Shown here: in pieces, positions 49,909-57,017 of the stretch | Layout of the letters: the number at the start of each line of letters is the position of its first letter | How positions within the stretch are numbered: the first letter of the stretch is position 1 | Assembly: GCA_903892905.1 (NCBI GenBank) | Contig: CAITKI010000066.1 | Span: forward strand, 1-59,057 | DNA length: 59,057 bases | DNA from: an uncultured Candidatus Micrarchaeota archaeon | GTDB taxonomy: Archaea > Micrarchaeota > Micrarchaeia > Anstonellales > Anstonellaceae | Reading direction: 5' to 3' | Notes under the pieces: model-generated | Database searches by the model: none | Told to the model about the DNA's origin: nothing | The model's input: the letters and a program-made list of their open reading frames with translations, nothing else | Made by a program: the position numbers and the translations under genes

Positions 49909-50472
49909 ATGAAGTTCGAATACGCGCGCATATCCGACTCGCTTTTCCAGCAGGAGTACTCCCTAACGCGGCTCCAGGAATACGTGGAGATGCTAGTCTA
50001 TGCAACCATTTCCTTCTCCCTTCCCTTCCTCCTAGGCCACGAGCAGCTCCTTGTGGGCGCAGCGGTGAACTGCGCGCTGGTGCTTGCCGCGCTCAACCTG
50101 AAAGGCGCGCGCCTGCTGCCCGTAATCATCCTTCCCTCAATCGGCGCCTTTCTCGCAGGCCTCGTCTTCGGCGCTGCCTCTCCCGCGCTCCTTTACATGA
50201 TTCCCTTCATCTGGGCGGGGAACGCCGTCCTTGTGCTTAGCATAAAGTATTTCGTTCTCGATAAGAAGACCAACCGCTTTGCCGCGCTTGGCTTTGGCGC
50301 TGCGGCAAAGGCGCTGTTCCTTTTCCTCTCGGCATTCGCGCTCCTCTCGTTTGGCATGGTGCCTGTTGCTTTCCTTACGGCAATGGGCATTTTCCAGCTC
50401 GCAACCGCGGCAATGGGCGGCGCAGCTGCGCTAGGGATACAAGTTGCAAAGAAAAAGTTCGTGGCTGCCTAA
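49909..50472 (+). CDS. polytopic membrane protein
   Basis: Five hydrophobic helices. No motif recognised. Confidence 0.55.
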   Translation: MKFEYARISDSLFQQEYSLTRLQEYVEMLVYATISFSLPFLLGHEQLLVGAAVNCALVLAALNLKGARLLPVIILPSIGAFLAGLVFGAASPALLYMIPFIWAGNAVLVLSIKYFVLDKKTNRFAALGFGAAAKALFLFLSAFALLSFGMVPVAFLTAMGIFQLATAAMGGAAALGIQVAKKKFVAA

Positions 50473-51023
50473 ACCTGCCTCAGGAAGTTTTCCAGTATCT
50501 TCTCGCCATTCTCGGTGTGCCAAACTTCGGGGTGGAACTGCGTGGAGAAGAGCTTTTTCTTCAGGCACTCCATTGCCTCGTGCGCGCAGGTGTCCGAGTG
50601 CGCAAGCGATACAAAACCATCAGGCATCTTCTTCACTTCGTCAAAGTGCGACACCCACGCATTGAACGAAGCGGGCACGCCTTCAAGCAGCACGCCCGGC
50701 TTGTCAACTTCCACGCGCGAGACGCCATACTCGGCATTCTTCCCTTTCACCACCACGCCGGAAAGCGTGTGCGCGATGAGCTGGTGCCCAAGGCAAATCC
50801 CCAGGATGGGCTTGCCTGACGCCTTGATGAAATCCGGCAGGAAATGGAAATTGTCTTTCGTAACAGAGGATGGCCCGCCTGAAAGTATCACGGCATCCGC
50901 AGCGTCAAGCTCGGCGCGCGTTACCGTCTTTGGCACGATTTTCCCGTCGTGCCCCAAGTCGCGGCACGTCCTCCAGATGACGTGAGTGTACTGGCTGCCC
51001 ATGTCAACTATAAGAATCGCCAT
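50469..51023 (-). CDS. guaAA: GMP synthase, glutamine amidotransferase subunit A
   Basis: Class I GATase triad context GICLGHQL and QFHPEV. Confidence 0.9.
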   Translation of the reverse strand: MAILIVDMGSQYTHVIWRTCRDLGHDGKIVPKTVTRAELDAADAVILSGGPSSVTKDNFHFLPDFIKASGKPILGICLGHQLIAHTLSGVVVKGKNAEYGVSRVEVDKPGVLLEGVPASFNAWVSHFDEVKKMPDGFVSLAHSDTCAHEAMECLKKKLFSTQFHPEVWHTENGEKILENFLRQV

Positions 51024-51043
51024 TCTCTCACTCGCAAATATCC

Positions 51044-52000
51044 CTATTCCAACTCCACGGTGGATGGCGGCTTGTTCGTGATGTCGTAAAGCACGCGCCC
51101 AACCTCGCGTATCTCGTTTGTGATGCGCGTGGATATCTTCTGGAGCACTTCAGGCGGCACATGCGAGAAATTCGCAGTCATGCCATCAAGCGAGCGCACC
51201 GCGCGCACAACCACAGTGTATTGGTAGGAACGTTCATCGCCCCGCACGCCCACTGTTTTCGTGGGCAGCAGCGCGGCAAAGTACTGCCATGGAAGCTCCA
51301 TCTTCCCGCTCTTTGCAGCTGCTTCCAATTCCTCTTCAACAATGAAGCAAGCCTCGCGCACAATCGCCGCCTTTTCAGGCGTTATATCGCCCACAATCCT
51401 TACAGCAAGCCCTGGGCCCGGGAACGGCTGCCTCTCTGACATTTCAGGGGGCAAGCCAAGTGCGCGGGCAGTAATCCTCACCTCGTGCTTGTACAGGTCG
51501 CGCAGCGGTTCCACAAGCTTCATGCCCATCTTTTCAGGCAGGCCGCCAACATTGTGGTGCGACTTTATGGTGTCCCTGCTTCCCCCGCCGCTCTCAATCC
51601 AATCAGGCGCAATGGTGCCCTGTATCAGGTAAGCTGCCTTCTGCTTCTTCGCCTCTGCCTCGAAAACGCGGATGAACTTCTCGCCGATTATTTTCCTCTT
51701 CTTCTCCGGCTCCTCCACCCCTTTCAGGGCGGAAAAAAAATCATTACTTGCATCCACCACGTCAAGCTTCACGCCTGCGCGCGAAAGCATGGCCAACACG
51801 CGCTTTCCCTCGTCCTTCCTCATCAGCCCGGTGTCCACGAACATGCAGTGGATGTTTTTCCCAAGCGCGCGGCTTGCAAGCGCGGCTGCGACCGAGGAAT
51901 CCACCCCTCCTGACACCGCTATTATGGCGCGCCCATTTCCCACACTGGCCTTTATGGAGGAAACTGCTCCCTCGATGAATTTTTCGGCGTTGAATGGCAT
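51044..52000 (-). CDS. guaAB: GMP synthase, ATP pyrophosphatase subunit B
   Basis: PP-loop AVSGGVDSSV and C-terminal dimerisation domain ending TVELE. ATG at 52000 preferred over the GTG at 52009. Confidence 0.9.
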   Translation of the reverse strand: MPFNAEKFIEGAVSSIKASVGNGRAIIAVSGGVDSSVAAALASRALGKNIHCMFVDTGLMRKDEGKRVLAMLSRAGVKLDVVDASNDFFSALKGVEEPEKKRKIIGEKFIRVFEAEAKKQKAAYLIQGTIAPDWIESGGGSRDTIKSHHNVGGLPEKMGMKLVEPLRDLYKHEVRITARALGLPPEMSERQPFPGPGLAVRIVGDITPEKAAIVREACFIVEEELEAAAKSGKMELPWQYFAALLPTKTVGVRGDERSYQYTVVVRAVRSLDGMTANFSHVPPEVLQKISTRITNEIREVGRVLYDITNKPPSTVELE

Positions 52001-52005
52001 ATCTC

Positions 52006-53100
52006 TCACTGCTTCTTGTGTTCATGCTTGTGGGCATGCTGGTGCGGGTGGGCGTGCTTGTGCTCCTCAGCTTCATGCTGCAGGGCGTCTCCCTTCCCAT
52101 CCGCCTTCGGCTTCTGCTGCTTGGCCAATCTGCTTGCCACGAAAATGATGATTCCCAGCGCCACGATCACCATGATTGCCACGACCACTGCCGCGCCAGC
52201 CACAATCCCCCCTGTGCTTGCTGGGGTTTGCGGCTGCTCAGTTGCAGGCGGGATTATTGGCGCAGTCTCAGTAACATTGGGCTTCTGCACCGGAACAACC
52301 GGGGCTCCTTCCACTATAGTCTTCGATGTAAGGTTGCCATAGGTGAAAACATACTCCCCTGGCGATGCGGCATTCACATGCGCTTTCCCATCGGCGCCCG
52401 TAATGACCTCGAAGTTCCCAGCAGGCGTTTTAACTGCCACGACCTGCCCTGAAAGTGGCAATCCGCCCTTCGCAATCAGGATTTCTATCACGGACTGCTT
52501 CTGCGCAGCCGTCGGCACGGCAATTGTTGCGGGGGCATCTGGCGCAACCGGCGTTTTGTCAAGCTTCACGTTCACCTCTGAAAACTGCGACTGGAGCAAC
52601 GTGGCGGACACGTTCTTTTCCACATACCCTTGCGCGTCAAAAACCAGCGCATACTCCCCTTCAGGGATGTATGACATCAGGTAATACCCGTCCTTATTGG
52701 GCGTGGTGCGCTTTGCGATATTGCCATTCGCATACGCCGCCACCGATGCGGTGCTAAAGTCTGCAGGGCCTGTCACCTGGCCGTATGCGCTTGCATAGGA
52801 GATGAGCTGGCGCATGGTGTATGTGATGTTGTCGCTCTTGCTGACCTCCAGGAGATTGACGTGCCTTGAGTATCCGCCCCTGTCAAGGTACACGAAATAG
52901 CTGCCAGCGTCAAGGCTGAACGAAGCAACGCCGTTCCCGTCCGCCCTTGCGTTGTAAAGAAGGGTGCCGTCCTTCACGATGGTTATGTTGGTGCCTATGG
53001 CGAGCGTGTCCTGAGACACAGTCACCTTTATCACAACGTCATAGGCAAAAGCAGACGCGGAAAAAAGTGCGAAAAGCATCAATACTGGGAACAACTTCAC
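52006..53100 (-). CDS. secreted, C-terminally anchored surface protein with carboxypeptidase-regulatory-like repeats and a His-rich tail
   Basis: Signal peptide (V)KLFPVLMLFALFSASAFA; repeated beta-sandwich-like segments (GNGVASFSLDAGSYFVY; DGYYLMSYIPEGEYALVF; DGKAHVNAASPGEYVFTY); TM GIVAGAAVVVAIMVIVALGIIIFV; tail HEAEEHKHAHPHQHAHKHEHKKQ. GTG start at 53100 follows AAGGAGGT. Confidence 0.65.
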   Translation of the reverse strand: MKLFPVLMLFALFSASAFAYDVVIKVTVSQDTLAIGTNITIVKDGTLLYNARADGNGVASFSLDAGSYFVYLDRGGYSRHVNLLEVSKSDNITYTMRQLISYASAYGQVTGPADFSTASVAAYANGNIAKRTTPNKDGYYLMSYIPEGEYALVFDAQGYVEKNVSATLLQSQFSEVNVKLDKTPVAPDAPATIAVPTAAQKQSVIEILIAKGGLPLSGQVVAVKTPAGNFEVITGADGKAHVNAASPGEYVFTYGNLTSKTIVEGAPVVPVQKPNVTETAPIIPPATEQPQTPASTGGIVAGAAVVVAIMVIVALGIIIFVASRLAKQQKPKADGKGDALQHEAEEHKHAHPHQHAHKHEHKKQ

Positions 53101-53154
53101 ATGACCACCCTGAACCTCCTTACGATGGAAAGCATAAAAAAGCACTCCCCGTTG

Positions 53155-53526
53155 TCAACCTCTCTGTCGGCATTCTGCCTGCGCGCTCTCCACGCGCCCA
53201 TCTTTCCAAATAGGGAATGAAAAAGAGTATTTTTCGCCAGCCTCGCTTTGCCCTTCCCCGCAGGAGGATGCATTCACGCCCGCGCCTTTTGCCTCCATGC
53301 ACTCACCCAGCAGATTCCCTGCCTCGCCAACAGATGCCTGAAGCGCCCCCTGCGAGGAGAACGCGCGCAATTCCGCAAGCGCGCCGGCGGCGTCGGAGCA
53401 GGCAAGGAACTCCCCCGCATTCTCTTCCTGTGGCGCAAAGGCAAGCAAATAGGCTGAAGCGACGACAACCAACGTGAGCGAGAATGCAGCCTCAAGGCTG
53501 AAAAGAAAAGCAAAATGCCGTGTCAT
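53155..53526 (-). CDS. class III signal peptide pilin-like protein
   Basis: MTRHFAFLFSLEAAFSLTLVVVASAYLLAF. ATG confirmed at 53526. Confidence 0.6.
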   Translation of the reverse strand: MTRHFAFLFSLEAAFSLTLVVVASAYLLAFAPQEENAGEFLACSDAAGALAELRAFSSQGALQASVGEAGNLLGECMEAKGAGVNASSCGEGQSEAGEKYSFSFPIWKDGRVESAQAECRQRG

Positions 53527-53572
53527 CCAATGCACGCTCCCGCCCGCCAGGCGCCTCCCTTGTCGTTTGCAA

Positions 53573-54010
53573 TCATCCAATGCATGCCTCCATTCTCGCC
53601 ATCCTGCCCCCGCGCACATCCAGCCTCTGCGTGCAGTAAACAGCGCCATCTTTCTCCCCGGCATACGCAAATTCATCGCCAATGCGCAGGCTGGCGTATT
53701 TCCTGCCTGTCTTCTCAAGGATGGACGCCAGGTCAACCGCCTCCCCCCTGCCCGCCTTCTCAAGCGCATAGGACGAGAAGCGCGCGGAAAGGAGAACGCC
53801 TGACGTCTCATCCGCGCCTCTTTGCACAGCCAGGCTTTGCGAGTAAAGCATGGCTGAGAACATGGCGAACATTGCGACTGACAGCACAAGCGCGAACGCC
53901 GCGTCAATGGACCAAAACGCACTTCGGCATGCTCCTGCCCTAGTGAGCACGGCATCATCTCTTTTGCCAATGCGCTGCCCACGCGCGCGCCCCTCATTCG
54001 CTTTGCGCAT
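53573..54010 (-). CDS. class III signal peptide pilin-like protein
   Basis: MRKANEGRARGQRIGKRDDAVLTRAGACRSAFWSIDAAFALVLSVAMFAMF. ATG confirmed at 54010. Confidence 0.6.
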   Translation of the reverse strand: MRKANEGRARGQRIGKRDDAVLTRAGACRSAFWSIDAAFALVLSVAMFAMFSAMLYSQSLAVQRGADETSGVLLSARFSSYALEKAGRGEAVDLASILEKTGRKYASLRIGDEFAYAGEKDGAVYCTQRLDVRGGRMARMEACIG

Positions 54011-54392
54011 AATATCCCCCATCAGCATCCACCGATATCCTATGGAAAAGCGGCTCGCGCACCACGCCTTCCTGCCTTGAGGCAAGCCAGTTCCCATCAT
54101 CTGCAGGCACGCCGCTCAGGTTTTTCTGCAGTGCGGCCTGAGGCATGATGCTTGATGACAGGTCAATGTAGAATGCCTCGCGCGCAAGCGACGCGCGCGC
54201 ATCCGCTTCCTGCACAGCAGAGGCAAAGGCATCGGTTTGCGCCTTTGCGGCATGGGCAAGCACTGCAAGCGCGCACAAGAGCGCGGCAAATGCAAGGAGC
54301 GCCTCGAGCGAAGACTGCCCTCGCGCCCGCCTGCCGGCATGCGCGGCTTCCAGCGAAGACTGCCCTGCCATGCATCTGCGCAGGCTAGCCAT
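53994..54392 (-). CDS. class III signal peptide pilin-like protein with duplicated cleavage-site motif
   Basis: MASLRRCMAGQSSLEAAHAGRRARGQSSLEALLAFAALLCALAVLA. The ATG at 54392 overlaps the upstream stop (ATGGCTAG). Confidence 0.6.
   Translation of the reverse strand: MASLRRCMAGQSSLEAAHAGRRARGQSSLEALLAFAALLCALAVLAHAAKAQTDAFASAVQEADARASLAREAFYIDLSSSIMPQAALQKNLSGVPADDGNWLASRQEGVVREPLFHRISVDADGGYYAQSE
54307..54366 (-). repeat. 15-nt exact direct repeat spaced by 45 nt
   Basis: agcgaagactgccct occurs at 54307-54321 and 54352-54366 (plus strand). It encodes the two GQSSLE units. Confidence 0.85.
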
Positions 54393-54972
54393 GGATGCCG
54401 CCTCCAAAGCCATCCGGCAGCAGCACGGCGTGCCCCGTGCCCGCCCCTTTTGAATAGAGTGAAAAGCCAACGCCATTTGCGCGCACTGTTTCCCGAAGAA
54501 GATTGGCATCAAACGCTTCGCTGCAGGCAGGGTTGGAAAGCATTAGCGCCCCGTCAGGCACGACAGCTCGCCATTCGCTTCCATCCTCTGCGCCTGCCTC
54601 TAGCGCTCCCTCACCGCGTGCCATCCTTGCAGACGCATCCTGCAGCGCAGCACCGGAAGGCTTGCCGCACCAAAATGCAGCGTCGTATCCTTGCCCGCGC
54701 AGCTGCGCCTCAAAATCCAGCGCGGCAAGGTAAACCGCGGCTTTCACTGCAGCAGGCGGCTCTGCGCCTGATGCCTGCGAAGCAGCAAGCGCACGCCCCG
54801 CAGCTTCCGACAATGCATCGGAAAACGCCGCGATTATTGCCTGCTCCTGCACATGCATGGCAACAACAGGCTGGTAGGAAACATCCGGCGCGCGCTTAGC
54901 TAATTTCATAGCTGAAGAAACGAGAACAAGGAGGTAAACGGACGCAACCAAAAACGATATTACGCCCTTCAT
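54385..54972 (-). CDS. pilin-like or pilus-associated protein with N-terminal hydrophobic helix
   Basis: MKGVISFLVASVYLLVLVSSAM. First gene of the four-gene cluster. Confidence 0.5.
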   Translation of the reverse strand: MKGVISFLVASVYLLVLVSSAMKLAKRAPDVSYQPVVAMHVQEQAIIAAFSDALSEAAGRALAASQASGAEPPAAVKAAVYLAALDFEAQLRGQGYDAAFWCGKPSGAALQDASARMARGEGALEAGAEDGSEWRAVVPDGALMLSNPACSEAFDANLLRETVRANGVGFSLYSKGAGTGHAVLLPDGFGGGIHG

Positions 54973-54988
54973 CGTGATATTCTGCCCA

Positions 54989-56029
54989 TCAGGCAATCGC
55001 TTCCACGAACTTCACAAGGTATGCTGTGGTCTTGTCTATGTCGTCAAGCGCGCACACCGCCACGTTGGAGTGGATGTAGCGCGTCGGGACGCAAATGGCA
55101 ATCGATGGGATGCCGCCGCGCTCGCCATAGACCGATGCAGCGTCAGTCGCGCCGCCCTCTATTACCTCTATCTGGAAAGGCATCTTGTTTTTCTTTGCAA
55201 CATCTATGGACGCTTTCTTGAGCCTCACATCCGCAAAATTCCCCCTTCCGCCAGCCTCCACAAGGCAAAGCGCAGGGCCCTTGCCCAGGTGTATGAGCGA
55301 CTCGTCCTCGCTCATTTCCGGGTGGTCCCCTGCAATCGAGGTGTCCACTGCAATGAAAGCGGACGGCTCCAAATTATATGCGGCAATCATGGCGCCCTTG
55401 CCGAATGTGGAAACCTCCTCCTGCGTGGTCCCTACCAGCACCACGTTCCTGTTCTTCAGCTTCCTGGCAAGCTCTAGAAGTATGTAGCATCCCACTCTGT
55501 TGTCCAGCGCCTTGCCTGTCACCAGCTTGCCATTCAAGACCTTGGTGGAAATGTCAAAGCTGATAGGATCGCCGATTTTCACGCCCATCTTCTCCGCGTC
55601 CTTCTTGTTCTTCGCGCCAATGTCAATGAAAAGCGACTTGTTGTCAATGGCAGACTTCATATCCTCCGCCTTCTGCATGTGCGGCGGCTTGTTGCCGATC
55701 ACTCCGTAAATCCTGCCCTTGTCCGTCTCCAGCACCACGCGCTGGTTCACAAGCGCGCGGTTGTCAATGCCGCCGACTTTGACGAACCTGATGAATCCCT
55801 TCTCGTTCACATACTTCACAAGCATGCCTATCTCGTCCATGTGCGCGCCAAGCATGAGGGGCTTTTTCTTGGTGGCATTGCTGCGCGCAATCACGTTCCC
55901 AATAGGGTCTATCTCCACCTTATAGCCAGCCTTCTTGAATTCCTCCGCCATGATGAGCGCGACCTCGCGCTCATAGCCTGGGACGCCGAAAGACTCGGTA
56001 AGCCTCGAAAGAAGTTTCATGTCCACCAT
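54989..56029 (-). CDS. M42-family metallo-aminopeptidase (FrvX/TET-like)
   Basis: FGVPGYERE, LGAHMDEIG, QEEVSTFG, HPEMSED. Several possible starts between 56020 and 56062. Confidence 0.85.
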   Translation of the reverse strand: MVDMKLLSRLTESFGVPGYEREVALIMAEEFKKAGYKVEIDPIGNVIARSNATKKKPLMLGAHMDEIGMLVKYVNEKGFIRFVKVGGIDNRALVNQRVVLETDKGRIYGVIGNKPPHMQKAEDMKSAIDNKSLFIDIGAKNKKDAEKMGVKIGDPISFDISTKVLNGKLVTGKALDNRVGCYILLELARKLKNRNVVLVGTTQEEVSTFGKGAMIAAYNLEPSAFIAVDTSIAGDHPEMSEDESLIHLGKGPALCLVEAGGRGNFADVRLKKASIDVAKKNKMPFQIEVIEGGATDAASVYGERGGIPSIAICVPTRYIHSNVAVCALDDIDKTTAYLVKFVEAIA

Positions 56030-56104
56030 TGGTATCACCCTTGCCATGAAATCAGCATACAAGCATAAAAAGGCGTTCCAAGCCCGAAAGCGTGGCGCAC
56101 CGCC

Positions 56105-56461
56105 CTACTTCCCGCGCCCAGCCCTCGCGCTCACTTTCATCACAGCCTCTTCCTCAGCCGCATCCGCTGCATCGCGGATGAGCGTAGACTCTATGTGCTT
56201 GAGCAGCACCACAAGCGGCGACTTTTCATCGAGCTGGTAGAGCTTTGCGCGCCCGACCACGCGCGTGAGCTTCACGATTTTCTTGCCTTCAATCTCATCC
56301 CAATGCTGGTATAGCGATGCCCAGCTCAAATTCGCGCCTTTTGCAATCTCCGTCTTGGTGAAGTCGCGCAGCCTGTTTTCCAGAAGGAAGTCTATCACCC
56401 TCCATTTCGGCTTGTCGCCTATGAACTGGAGGAACAATGAGGGCTCGTTTTCGTCTGTCAA
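56105..56461 (-). CDS. winged-helix transcriptional regulator
   Basis: WRVIDFLLENRLRDFTKTEIAKGANLSWASLYQHWDEIEGKKIV is HTH-like. Confidence 0.6.
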   Translation of the reverse strand: MTDENEPSLFLQFIGDKPKWRVIDFLLENRLRDFTKTEIAKGANLSWASLYQHWDEIEGKKIVKLTRVVGRAKLYQLDEKSPLVVLLKHIESTLIRDAADAAEEEAVMKVSARAGRGK

Positions 56462-56484
56462 TCAACCACCATCCATATTAATGA

Positions 56485-56832
56485 ATGGCAATATTTAAAT
56501 ATTTATATGTCATTATATATAACAATGAACACTTGAAAGGTGTTTCCATCACGCAGCAAGAAATAAACAGGGAGCAACTGAAGGCGCACATCCTTTACAA
56601 GCTGGCAAGGCACAGGCGATGGGGCGGCAAGCATACGGAGCTTATTCATGCAAGGTCGGCGCTGCCGCGCGAGCACCAAATGGAAGCCGAAAGCCTCTCG
56701 CGCGAGCTTGCCAATGATGGGTTCCTAATCTGGCTTCCAAAAACTGGGCAAATCCACATCTCTCTCAACCCGCGCAGGAAAAAAGAGATTGTGGAGATGG
56801 TGGAAAAGTACCTGAAGGAAAAAATATGGTGA
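56485..56832 (+). CDS. hypothetical protein; the real start is probably internal (TTG at 56533)
   Basis: The first 16 codons lie in an AT-rich promoter-like stretch (aatatttaaatatttatatgtcattatatata). Confidence 0.4.
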   Translation: MAIFKYLYVIIYNNEHLKGVSITQQEINREQLKAHILYKLARHRRWGGKHTELIHARSALPREHQMEAESLSRELANDGFLIWLPKTGQIHISLNPRRKKEIVEMVEKYLKEKIW

Positions 56833-57017
56833 TGTCAAACGCCTGCACGGTGGTGTTTTCATGGGCAAGAAAAAATCAGAAACAATGCTGCTCAAGGCGC
56901 GCATGGACGCTGAAGACCGCGAGATGGAAGAGAAAGGGCAAAACCCCTGAACAGTAAGCAGGCGCTGGGCAAGTATGCTAAATATCTTGGAAAAAAGCGC
57001 CCGTAAAATAAGGAAAT

